In this document: one piece after another, positions 13,117 to 24,932 of the stretch
Layout: the number at the start of each line of letters is the position of its first letter
Position numbering within the stretch: position 1 is the stretch's first letter
From: Eledone cirrhosa
Lineage: Eukaryota
Length of the DNA: 64,000 nt
Direction of reading: 5' to 3'
NCBI GenBank assembly: GCA_964016885.1
Contig: OZ024744.1
Location: 40,858,001 to 40,922,000 of the forward strand
Made by a program: the position numbers and the translations under genes
Notes under the pieces: generated by a model
Seen by the model: only the letters and a program-made list of their open reading frames with translations
Told to the model about the DNA's origin: nothing
The model's database searches: none

Positions 13117-13646
13117 TCAATAAGAAGCCGATAATGGAATTGACTATTGAGTAATTTGAAGATTTAAGTTACAATAAATGAGAAAACCAATATCTAAATA
13201 ACTACATACAATCGGTTTCAAAAGGTTGTTTGAATAGTTAGAATAGAATTGCAATTTCTAGTTGTAGCTGTTGAAATTTGACAGGATGGACACACTGAAA
13301 ACTGATACTTAGAATTCCTTTTATAGTTAATGGTAAGATATTTCATGAAAAGAACTATGAAGATATGTGAAATCAAGACGAGAACATTATTATGTCACTT
13401 TATGTGTCTTTTCAATGAAACTAGATTAATTATTTCAGTCCCAATAGCGTAGCGACACCTGAAATAATTGTTTGCCAATAATAAGCTGTTTAGATGGAAT
13501 AATTGTTGCATTTTGCTGAGGATAACTTCATTTGAAGGGGGGAAAATAATCATAGACGGTTTTATAACTAACACTATAGAGAAGGCAGGTGTTGTGACTG
13601 GTCAAGTGGATACAGCATAAACTGGTTTAGAAGCATTGGAACATCA

Positions 13647-13860
13647 TCTATATATATAAAACAGAGAATGTCTGTCTGTCTGACTACCTAAAACTCGAGA
13701 ACCACCCAACCGATTGTTTTCAAACTTTACACATGTAATACTTATGGTCCTGTGAGTGTTTTGAGCAAAAAATGTAGAATTTTCAATTCCCTAAGGACCG
13801 CATTAGGCGATTTAGCGATCTCTCTCTATAATTCTTAGTCTTTCTTTTTAGATAGATACA
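13647..13860 (+). mobile_element. Probable non-autonomous Helitron 5' fragment
   Basis: A|TCTATATATATAAAA start, (TGTC)n, CCGATT..TTCAAACTTTACAC motif typical of such elements. Confidence 0.5.
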
Positions 13861-13865
13861 TAGAT

Positions 13866-14584
13866 ATAACCATCTTATTGTTTCATGAGTGTTACCCCAT
13901 AGTTTAATTTCTACTTTAACCTTAACTTGGGGGATAATTCTGTCTAGTATATATTTGCTAATTTTGCCTATATCAGATTTAGAGGGGCATATAAGTCTAA
14001 TATTAGGGTTAGTATCGAAGTTTACCTTGTGGTCCTTCAGGTTGAAGGATGGTATAGCTGGTGTTAAGGGTTGCGTTCTATCGTCAATACAAAGTTTTTT
14101 AACAATTTCACATGCCGAGTTGTTGATGTTTTTAAGTGTGGCTTCATTAGTTTTCCTGTATTTTTTATGCAATTCCTTACGGATGAAGTTATTGTAAGTG
14201 TCCACATCCATGGTATATACGTTTGATGTTTTGTCTGCTCTAACAATAATTCCATTGGCGTTTTTTAGATTATTGAGCAATGCCGTGATGTCATTCTGTA
14301 GTTTATTGTTCTTTCCGTTTTGTAAATTTGATCTCCATGATCATATCCATTAGGTCTTGTTCAAATGCATCCAAAAGTGGGTTTGAGGGTGGGTTCTTGT
14401 AAGATTTAAATCCAAATTTATCCTTGTTAAGATCCGATGTTTGGTTTATACGGCTTTTGTCAAAATGGAATGTTTTCCATCTGATTCGTCGAATAAAATC
14501 ATTGGTCCTTCGTATCATACCTAGAATATATTCCCTTTTTGCCTGACGTAACGATATATTATCACTACATTATTGATAACCTGA

Positions 14585-14590
<6 letters not shown>
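13866..14590 (-). pseudogene. Penelope-like (Naiad-like) RT N-terminal fragment
   Basis: FIRRIRWKTFHF, FGFKSYKNPP, ADKTSNVY, LKDHK, RLICPSKSDIGKISK. Confidence 0.85.
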
Positions 14591-14661
<71 letters not shown>

Positions 14662-14664
<3 letters not shown>

Positions 14665-16150
14665 TCATCATGGTTTTACGTCCGTTCTTCTACGCTAGCA
14701 TGGGTTAGACGGGTTGTCCTGTTGTGGGCAGTGTCTGGTCGGCTGACCATGCCTTGCTCATACAGGAACTGATCTGGCTCGATTTCTACAGCTGGATGCC
14801 CTTCCTAACACCAACCTCATTTACAGTGAGTGCTGGGTGCTTTTTCGTGGCGCCTACACGTCCACTTTACAGTGTGGGCTGGGTGCTTTTTTGCCGTGGC
14901 ACCTCCCCGACCACCTTGCTGTGGGGGGGGGGGGGCATATTGTCTATATGCTTCAGCTTGTACCCATGGGAGATCGGGTACTCTGTATTACCTCGTGACG
15001 CCAGAGGTCACGGTCGTGTGTCATTGCCTTTGAGAGGTGTAATTGGGTAAGGTCGGCTTTTATCACCTCATCCCAGGTCATCTTGGGTCACCCCACTCGG
15101 CGGTTTCCATCGACTTCTAGTGCTCTGCACCTTTTTATGCAGCTGTCATCCTTCATAAGCATCACATGTCCATACCAGCGCAACCGCCTCTCCTGCACAC
15201 AGCATTTTATTCCTCTTATGCTCAGTCTCTCTCACAATTCATTTATGCTTTGTCGTTCACGTATATTACTGTTACACATCCATCGGAGCATGCAGGCTTC
15301 ATTTCTCTCTAATATACGTAAGTCTTCCACCTTCAGCACCCAGGTCTCACTACCATGCAACATCGCTGTTCGGATACACGCATCATACAGTCTGCCTTTC
15401 ATTCAGAGGGAGAAGCCTTTTGCATCTAGCAGTGGTAGTAGTTCCCTAAACTTCTTCCATCCCGTTCTTACCCTAGTTATTGTACTTTCTGAACACCCAC
15501 CTCCGCTGCTAATTCGGTCACCTAGGTAGCAGAAGCTGTCTACTGTTTCTACAGAGTCTTCCCAGAGATTGGTGGTACTTGTTTCCTGTGGCTGTTTGCT
15601 GCTTGCTGTCCCAGAACAGCTGCTGCATGTGAAGCCTACATTCTTAATTAAGCTTCCTGAGATCCCGCTACATCTCTTGTGTACCCATTGTTTGCATTTG
15701 GGGCAGAGAATGGAGTTCCTACCTACAACTTTCCTACATACTGAGCAAGGCCATTTCCCTGAGGGGATCTGGGTTCTGTTTTCTCGTCTACTTACAAGGA
15801 CCTTAGTCTTTGTCATGTTGACTTTGAGACCCTTTCTTTCTAGTCCCTGCTTCCAGGTTTGGAATTTCTTCTCTAGTTCTACCATAGATTCAGCTATAAG
15901 TGCGAGGTCATCAGCATACAGGAGTTCCCATGGGCATCCGGTCTTAAACTCCTCCGTTATTGCCTGCAGGACTATGATGAACAGGAGGGGGGTAAGAACA
16001 GAGCCCTGGTGGACCCCAACCGGTACGCTAAATTCCTCGCTATATTCATTGCTAATCCTAACTTTGCTGACTGCTCCCCTATACATGGCTTGTACCGCTT
16101 TCACAAGCCATTCATCTACTCCTAGTTTTCTAAGAGCCCACCAGATTACA
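14662..16150 (-). mobile_element. 5'-truncated RTE-clade LINE with PHD-like finger
   Basis: GVHQGSVL.PLLF, LLYADDL, C4HC3 finger, YLGD; (ATG)n tail; both ends in (TA)n. Confidence 0.9.
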
Positions 16151-16201
<51 letters not shown>

Positions 16202-16203
<2 letters not shown>

Positions 16204-16979
16204 TAACAGTTTAAAGTTTAAGCAAAGAATCGTTACTTTCATCCTTAACGGGATCTTCTGTAACTAAAAAAATTAATCTGTGAAGGCAGAAGTAAATATT
16301 TCGAAAAACGTTGCAACCGAAGGAAAACAGGAAGACGATACTTTGGTTCGTGAAGACTTTCCCTGGCAATGAACGGAAAATAGCGAAGATAATACGTCAG
16401 CAATGAGAACAATATTTGTCATAATGTCGTAATCCAGACAGCCAGACATACAGATAGATATTATAAGGGCGCCACGTTATAGCTATGTATCTATCTAAAA
16501 AGACAGACTAAGAAAGAGAGATCGATAACCGGCGCCTAACACCCCTTTAATAACAGATTAAAGTTTAAGCAAAGAATCGCTGCTTTCACCCTTAACGGGA
16601 TCTTCTGAATCTATTAACTTTTACATACATATTTAGAGAGGAGAGTTCATATCTCTGTCCCTGTTTGTCCTTCTTTCTCTGTTGTATATATATAAACGAA
16701 AGGAAGAATATTGGCACTGTAAACAGAAATGGCCTGTAGAAGGGAGAAGGAAAGAAAGAAAGGAAACTGTGCGAGGGAAGGAGAGAAAAGAAGAAATGAA
16801 GATATTTATTTCTCCATTGTTATGAGATATGAAGATATGAAGATATTTATTTCTCCATTGTTACCCTTAACAGTCCTTTCAGTCAAATCGTTGAAACTGC
16901 AAGCCGTCTGAAAGCTGATGAATGTATTTAAATGTTTGTGATCTTCTTTCATTTTAGTCTTCACATGTATTATTATTAC

Positions 16980-17010
<31 letters not shown>

Positions 17011-17720
17011 CGAATGTAGAAAAGTAACACACGAGTTGATATATATGTATAAAAAGAAATAGTAGAAAGGAAAAGGACTTTTCAGTAGAAAATACTGAAA
17101 AGATTCTTTCATTGTAATATCAAAACATTTATTTATTTATTTATAGAGTGGATATTTCCGCATTTACTAATGGTACCGGTTTCAGCATTATATGCATTGT
17201 CAACGTCAACTACGGAAATGCATAATATAGTTAAGTTCCATATTTATACGAATAACAATAATAAAAAGGGGAAGAAAAATTATAAACTTTTTCATACATC
17301 TTTTGAGAGGAGAGTTCATATCTCTGTCCGTGTTTGTCCTTCTTTCTCTGTTGTATATATATAAACGAAAGGAAGAATAATGGCACTGTAAACGGGAATG
17401 GCCTGTAGATGGGAGAGGGAAATAAAGAAAGGAAACAGTGAGAGGGAAGGAGAGAAAGGAAGAAAAGAAGCTATAAGTGGGAAGGGAGAGAAAGAACAAA
17501 AGGACGTGCTTCCGTTTACAGTGCCACTGTTGTTCCTTTCTGACAACGACTTGAGGTCATGTGGACACACTTGATTTCTCTCTCTCTGACCTGTCCCAGC
17601 ACAAACATAATACCAACGGAGATATTTATTTCTCCATTGTTATGAGCCGTCTATCCTTAACAGTCCTTTCAGTCAAATCGTTGAAACTGCAAGCTGTCTG
17701 AAAGCTGATGAATGTATTTA
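16202..17720. repeat. Local mosaic of short direct duplications
   Basis: 16202-16260 ~ 16550-16608; 16620-16800 ~ 17295-17470; 16800-16930 ~ 17620-17720. Confidence 0.8.
17170..17207 (-). ncRNA. Variant hammerhead motif (U3-A8 core) in an orphan pLTR
   Basis: Minus strand TTGACAA-tGCAT(ata)ATGCt-GAAA-CCGG-TA; stem I poor; downstream AATAAA and AACTCGTGTGTT as at 5540. Confidence 0.55.
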
Positions 17721-17955
17721 ATTCTATTCCCTCTATTCATTCTATTCCTTCCTTCCTATCAATTCTTCGAGCCAACTCACTTCCAGCTACTGATTTCTAT
17801 CCTTTGAGGCAATGTTTTACCCAACGTTGTTCCAACAGCATTTTGCTGTTTTAACAGCTCCCTTATGTTAAGTTTTTCCATTTTCCTATGAAGATGATGA
17901 TATCATGATGTATGTAAAAGGTAAACAGAAATGACAACACAAACGGTACAGTATA

Positions 17956-20900
17956 TTTCATTTCATTTCATTTGAGTTTGAGTACATGCTCAGGCCAAGT
18001 CGAAGACTCCACCCTCAGAGTATGGTGTGGTTGCCAGGTTGTATTCTCTGTTTAATTTTGACATGTGTAGAAGCGAGTTTGAGTCAGTTTGTGCTCGTTG
18101 TGTATATCCTGGGAGATGGGTTCATCTCTAATGGTGCTTAAGTATCTATGCAGCTGCAATTTGAATGATTCCACACTGCATCCTGATAGATTTCTGACAT
18201 GTACCGGAATGGAGTTGAATAGTTGTGCCCCTCCAACCAACAGACTTGACTCTCGCAGGGTTTTTGCTACCTGGCCAGCCCTTTTGTTGATTGGTGGTAG
18301 CTGGCAGCGTTTTCCGTGGCACAGTGAGTGGTAAGTTTTGATACCAAAGTTTGGCACCTTTTGCTCTATCCTTTTCCAAATGTATAGAAATCGGTATCGC
18401 TCAAATCTTCTTTCTATTGAGTACATCTTCAAGGTTTTGAGTCTTTGCCAATAGTCCAGGTCCCTCGTTTGTGAGAAGTATGAGGTAAAATTTCTTTGGA
18501 GCGATTCCATCTTAGATAGTTGGCCGTTTGTTGTTGGTGACCACAACTGAGAACAGTAGTCAATCCTCGGAAGTACCATACTGTTCCAGAAGGTTTTCAT
18601 TGTTGAGGTATCTCTTGATTTGAAGGTGCGCAAGATCCACCCGCTGTACTTTCTTGCAGTAAGACAGACTGAGTCAAGGTGTTCTCTGAATTTTAGGCTG
18701 GTTCCCATGTGGATGCCTAAATCTTTCACACACTGTTTTTCCATTATTTGTAGTCCTGATGGGTTTCTGTAGTTTGTTGTATTTTTCAGATCTTGATCTG
18801 TTCCGTAGCGAATTAGTTCAAACTTCTTATCATTGAACAACATGTTGTTTGTATATGGTGGTTAGGTCCTTTTGTAAGGCCTCTGTATCCACCTCGTCTT
18901 TGATTTGTCTCATAACCCTGGTGTCATCAGCAAAGGATGAGACGTTGCTGGTTGTATATTCATCTATGTCAGAGATGAGGATGAGAAACAGGATCGGGCC
19001 AAGTACTGTACCCTGAGGAACACTGCTGGTCACAGGTGATGGTGTTGAATGGGTTCCATTCACAGTGACTGTTTGAGTTCTATTTGTAAGGAACTCATGT
19101 ATCCATGTACCAACTTTTCCTCCTACTCCTAGCTTTCGAAGTTTGTGTCCCAGGATGCCATGATCTACCTTGTCAAATGCCTTGGCAAAGTCGAGGTAAA
19201 TAACATCTGTGTTGTATCCATTCTCTAGATTTTCTAGGATTTGGTCTTGGTGTGCCAATCCATGCTGATTGCAATTCATCAGATTGTTGGATTCCAGGAA
19301 CTCAACCAGTTTTCCACGAACTATTCTTTCGAAGACCTTGATAATGTGTGATGTCAGTGAGATTGGTCGGTAGTTCTTTGGTTTTGATTTGCTGTCCCCT
19401 CTATGTATTGGAGTTATGTGTGCTTCTTTATATATATTTGGTATTTTGCCATTCTCCATAGATTCCTTCCAAATCATGTAAAGGGGTTTCAACAATTGTA
19501 CCTTGCAGTTTTTAAATATCATGGCATTGAAACCATCAGGCCCCGCAGCCGAGTGCATGGAGAGCTTGTCTATGGCTCTTTCTATGTCTTCTGGGTTGAA
19601 CTCAATGTCGGATAGGGTAGGTTTAGTATGGTCGATATCCTTGAAGAATTCTCCTTGGTCATGGATCTTCATGGTTTTAGATGGCTCACTGAAGACATTT
19701 TCATACTGTTGACCCAACATTTCTGCCATTTCAATAGGGTTATTCACTACATCCCCATTTTGTCTCTGGAGAGGTCCTATTGTTGACTTGGTATTCGAGT
19801 ATTTCTTTGCAAAACTGTAGAAACATTTTGGATTTTTCTTGATGTTTTCTATGGCTCTCTTTTCTGCATTGTTACGTCATTCATCATAGTGTTGTTTTAG
19901 ATATCTTCTAATCTGTATATTTGGTCAAGGACTTTCTGTAGTTCATGTTTTGATGTCAGTTTAGATGTTTTGTTTCTTAGTCTTGACCTTTTACACATCA
20001 GGATCTTTCGCTCTCGTGGTACAGGTTTTTTTGTGGATTTGGTTTTCTTAAGAGGAATATTCTTTGCACATATTTCTTCGATCTTGTTTAAGAATTTCTT
20101 GTGTTTATCTGGCCCAGTAAGGTAGAGATCCCAGTCAATGATTTGTAACTGGTTGTTAATAGTTTCCCAATTTGCCTGGTGATAATCATACCTGCATAGC
20201 TTTGGCATGTCCTTTTGTTTAAGAGTTGTGGCATTGGGCTCATTACCAATGTGTAAATGCATTTCAATAATATTGTGGTCTGAAAGGATTGTTGGGGTTG
20301 AGTGAAGGTCAAATAGCGTGTCCTCGTTGTTGGTAAAAACCAAGTCGATCGTATTATTATTTCTAGTTGCTTCTGTCATCATTTGTTTGAGGTATAATTT
20401 CTCTGTGACTTCCAACAGTTTGGCTACCTGTATTTGTTCAGCTTTTGTCCCCAGTTTTAGTATGTGTCCATGTGGCCAGATGATGTTAGGGAAGTTGAAG
20501 TCACCAAGGAGGATAATGTCTGGCATTGGACTCGCCATGTTTCCCAGAATTTGTTGGAGCTTTGTCAGTGGCTTAGTGAAGGATAATGTTGGGCTGTTTG
20601 GCGGTCTGTACATTATTGTTACAACTGTATTAAGTTGGATGATTTTTATGCACAGCAGGTTGCAGTAGGCATTTGATTCATTGACAAGTTCTATGCATGC
20701 ATAGGTATCATGGATATACATGATAACGCCCCCATGGGATCTACCTTGTCTATCACATCTGAAGATGTTGAATCCATTGATTGAGATTTCGCTGTTGCGG
20801 ATGTTTTCGTTGAGATAACTTTCAGTAATTCCAATTATTTTGGAATTGTTTTCTGTTGCTAATTCTTCCAAGAAAGGGACTTTACACTGTTTTGTTTTCG

Positions 20901-21178
20901 GATAAAGACCCTGGATATTTGCTGTTTTTATGCTTGTTGTACCGGATACATCTGCCCTATTGTTGGCAAGACTGTTGTAGTTGCTGGGACTGTGCTGACT
21001 GGATATTCGGTCTGCTGGGCTGTCTGTATTTGTTGTATGTGCCCTGTAAGTCCAGGTGTCAGCCTTTGTATCAATGTTGCCTTGTTTTGCTCAGTCATCT
21101 GTATGGAGTACAGCTGTTGTTGTAGTTGGTAGATTATGCCTAAAAAACTGCTTTCATTCATTACTGTATCGAATTTCT
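17956..21178 (-). mobile_element. CR1-like LINE (end of ORF1, APE endonuclease, RT), disrupted
   Basis: IGITESYL, LLGDFNFP, SDHN; NYRPISLTS, YLDFAKAFDKVDH, PQGTVLGP, FADD; (TGAAA)n tail. Confidence 0.9.
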
Positions 21179-21420
21179 GGAAGGAATATATTAGTGTAAC
21201 GCTTGAAATAGAAGGAAGAGGGTCTTAACGTTTCCGACGCTAGTACTTCATCATAAGAAAGAATGAGAAATTAAAAAGACAGAGGGGACAGACAGGGCGA
21301 AATTGTAAAAATGTTTTAGAGGAAAATAAGATGTCCATTCATGTTGACATCTCTTAGAAAACTGTTGATGCTGGCGTTTTTTTTTAGAAAAGTGGATGAT
21401 GGAGCACGTCTACCTGAAAA
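21179..21420 (-). mobile_element. Penelope pLTR relic with degenerate HHR (21223-21258)
   Basis: Reverse-complement homolog of 34960-35200; core ATGATGA...GAAACGTTAAGA. Confidence 0.7.
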
Positions 21421-21469
21421 GGAAAAAATAAACGTTTTGTATATAGAACTATATGTGTGCGCATGCGTA

Positions 21470-21548
<79 letters not shown>

Positions 21549-21726
21549 ATACTTCCATACAAAACTAAGAGGATATGTGTGTGTGTATGCAAGTAAAAGA
21601 ATGTGTGTGTGCTTGTAAGAATGAATCTGGGAGCAAAAATGTTAATATAAGGAAGTGTGTGTGTGTGTATATACAGATCTGTGAAGGGAAAAGTAGAGGC
21701 ATGTGTGAATATCTATCTATCTATCT

Positions 21727-23747
21727 GTCCAGGTCCATCCACGACAACCTCCACCTCATGCGATACATAATAGAGAGGGTTGGGAACGAACCCGGCGTTG
21801 GTGGGGCCCTGATCAACTTGGATCAATCTAAGGCGTTCGATAGAGTCGACCATGGTTACCTGGATGCGGTGTTAGCGGCTGTAGGCTTCGGACCCGTTTT
21901 CATGGGCTGGATCAATGCCATGCACAGCAGCCGCATCTGCTCTAGGGTCAAGGTGAACGGCTACCTCTCGGTGCCGTTCGAAATCGCGCGGTCTATCCGA
22001 CAAGGGTGCCCTCTCTCCTCCCTTCTATATGTAATGACTCTAGAGCCACTGCTGCGGAAGTTGGAGTTGTTGCAGGGCATCCCGTTGGAACCGGGATTGC
22101 GGAAAGCTGTGTCGGCCTACGCCGACGACGTAACAGTAATGGTGTCGACGGCCTTGGAAATCGGGGCGATCGGCACCTTACTGGAGGAGTACGAAAGGTT
22201 TACAGGGGCTAAGCTGAACTGAGACAAGTCGATCGGTCTGCAACTCGGCACGTGGAGGGGCAGATCGATGCCCTCCGATGGCGTCGTCGGGTGCTGGACG
22301 GAGGGCCCGATGAAGTTGCTCGGGGTCTGGTTCGGACCAGACCTCCAGGTGGAGAAGAACTGGGGTGAGGTAACGAACAGGGTGTTTGCACTGACCCAGA
22401 AGTGGGCCGAGTGCAAACTGTCTCTGAAAGGTCGGGCGGAGGTGGCGAACACTTATATAGCGTCCGTCATCTACTACCGCCTGACCGTTGTGCCTTGCCC
22501 AAGGGAAACGCTCGCCAAAATGGAGCGCGCACTCTTCCAATTCCTTTGGAAGAAGCGGGCTCCTATGGTGAGAAGATCCATCGGCTGTCAACACCCTTCG
22601 AAAGGAGGGCTGGGGATTCCGTGGCTAATTATACGTAAACACGCAATACGGCTACGGCACCTCCAGGTATTCCTCACCGCTCAACCGGTGTGGGCCCCGT
22701 TTTGAGGCGAGCCTTTCCCAGACTCGTCTCGCTCACCAGCTGCAATCCTGGGTCAAGCAAATACCGAGAAAACTGGGCGCCTGGCACACGGAGTGTGCCC
22801 AGGCGCTCACGGCTCTGGCAGGCGGACCCGGTTGTCAGTGGAGAATCCACCTCGTCATTCTATAGAGGGCTGGTGGTTAGCAGGTGCGACGACGCCCTCG
22901 GAGAAGCCCTAGGCATGGAGGAAGACGAACTGGCCAACCTGTTCGGTAGAACATTCAGCGCGGGACCCATGGATAACTTCCAGAGGTCCCTGGCCTGGCA
23001 GTGCTACCGAGGGGCTCTGCCCGTTCGAGAAAGGCTCTACAGACACGGGCGCCCGCGTAGGGACCCCTCGAAAAAGATCTGTCCCAGATCCGTGTGCGAC
23101 GAGGAAACCATTGCACACACATTGGTACACTGCTCGGGCATTGCCGATCTGTGGAGCTATGTCGAACAACTGCTGTCAAGGGTGGGACCGATCCGGTTGA
23201 CCACCAAGTCTATTGTAACGATTAAGCCGCCTCCCCTCTTCAAACACGAAGGAGAGGCGGTGTTTCTGTGCGTAATAGCCATGGCGAAAGAGGTTGTATG
23301 GCGGACGCGTCTGAAAGGACTGAGGCCAGACACCTTTCTCTTGGTCCGTTTCTTCCGATATCATTTCGGAAGAAGGATCAGGATGGAGAGAGAGGTGCTG
23401 CACCCCAGCCGTTTTTATAAACGATAGGTGAAAGTGGCGAGAATGGCCCGTGTGAATGGGCCTTCACTCTACATCAGACTATAGGTGAGGAAGATGAAAG
23501 ATCAAGGGAGCACACCCTCTCTGTGCTCCTGAGGGGAAGGGTTGCACACTTTCTTTCGGGGGTGTGTGCGACCCCCCAAGGCGCCTTCTCCCCATTGAGG
23601 ATTTTGTTATTAAATTTATGTTTGTTATATTTTATTTTATTTTTATATCTTGTTATTGCCTCCTCCTTATTGAGGACGCCTTGTTATGTAAACTCCCCCA
23701 CTGTACTTGTCCCACTTTTTGATGCCCTGGTGGCAAATAAAAAAAAG
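21727..23747 (+). mobile_element. 5'-truncated Tx1/L1-clade LINE
   Basis: LDQSKAFDRVDH, IRQGCPLS, AYADD, KGGLG, CPR..C.EETIAH...HC knuckle; AATAAA + polyA; (TATC)n on both sides. Confidence 0.9.
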
Positions 23748-23764
23748 TTATCTATCTATCTATC

Positions 23765-23848
<84 letters not shown>

Positions 23849-24153
23849 GTAATAATAATAAATTTGAAGACTAAAATACAAAGAGGGCTCGATAAGGATA
23901 AATATATATCAAATATATAAGAACCGTAGAGCAAACTTTAATCTGTTATTTTAATATATATATATATGTAATATAATTTAATATAAAAGAGGGATAAACA
24001 CAGATATAATCATACATGTGCTCAAATTGCAAGGGACCAAGTTCGCTAGGGTGAAAAAATACTAACTATTAAGAATACGGTTTGCCAAACTCAATTTAAA
24101 ATAATAAATGAATCAAGAAAAGAAATACAAACCTATATTGGGCAACTGCCGGA

Positions 24154-24225
24154 ACACCCAGACAGCTTATGGTAGGCTGTTTCGCAATTTTTAGCGAAGG
24201 GAATTCTTTGCTCATCAGTGGGTGT
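24154..24225 (-). ncRNA. Canonical full type I hammerhead ribozyme (GUC site)
   Basis: Minus strand ACACCCA-CTGATGA-GCAA...TTGC-GAAA-CAGC(ctaccataa)GCTG-TC-TGGGTGT. Confidence 0.9.
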
Positions 24226-24404
24226 AAAATTAGTAAACCCCTCACTTCTAAGTATCTCAGAAGACTGAATAGTGTGCGAATATAAAATAACGCACATGGC
24301 ATCAGAACCTAGCATGTCTCATAAACGTATGCTACTAAAAATAGCAGCCAAGTTTACATGACATTTAAATTAGCTCAACAAAAATTGAAGGAGCCGACTA
24401 TATT

Positions 24405-24518
24405 AAAGGTATATATTGAGTTAGAAACTTAAAATAGTCTCTTACAATTAAATAGCTCAAAGAAAGAGGTTTTTCTGAGACGTGTAATATTTTGAGTTTC
24501 TAACTCAATATATACCTT
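24405..24518. repeat. Inverted repeat, 25-bp perfect arms
   Basis: AAAGGTATATATTGAGTTAGAAACT and its reverse complement at 24494-24518. Confidence 0.9.
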
Positions 24519-24575
24519 TGATGTATATATGTATGTATATATATATATATATATAAACAACAGAACGCTGGACAC

Positions 24576-24848
24576 AAATATTTATTTAATGTAGCAAAAT
24601 CACTATATGTATTTTGATGGCCTAGTTACATCATCAGATCATGATGTAAGCCTTTGGCAACGTCATCAGGTGTGGATTTAAAAATTAGTTTATTGATAAC
24701 AGGATTCTTGATGTCATTAGCCTGTTATCGATTAACTAATTTTGTAATCCACATCTGATGACATCACCAAAGTCTTATATCATGATCTGAAGAAATAGAA
24801 AGGCCTTAGAAATACTTATTGTGATTTTGTTACATTAAATAAATATTT
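24576..24848. repeat. ~270-bp imperfect palindrome with an HHR-like motif in each arm
   Basis: Arms ~127 bp, loop ~24703-24720; plus strand ATCATGAT-CTGAAGA...GAAA-TACTT-ATTGTGAT, with a degenerate mirror copy on the minus strand. Confidence 0.85.
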
Positions 24849-24932
24849 AACTACACTCCTGCACTAGCCATGGGATACCACATCTACCCATTGGTAAACC
24901 ACACAACATAAATGGCATATATATATCATATT

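Noticed and set aside
16222-16610. Duplicated CAGAAGA-TCC..GG(A/G)t-GAAA motif (minus) as a hammerhead
   Set aside because: U4 and U16.1 are both wrong and there is no stem I; at best a dead relic
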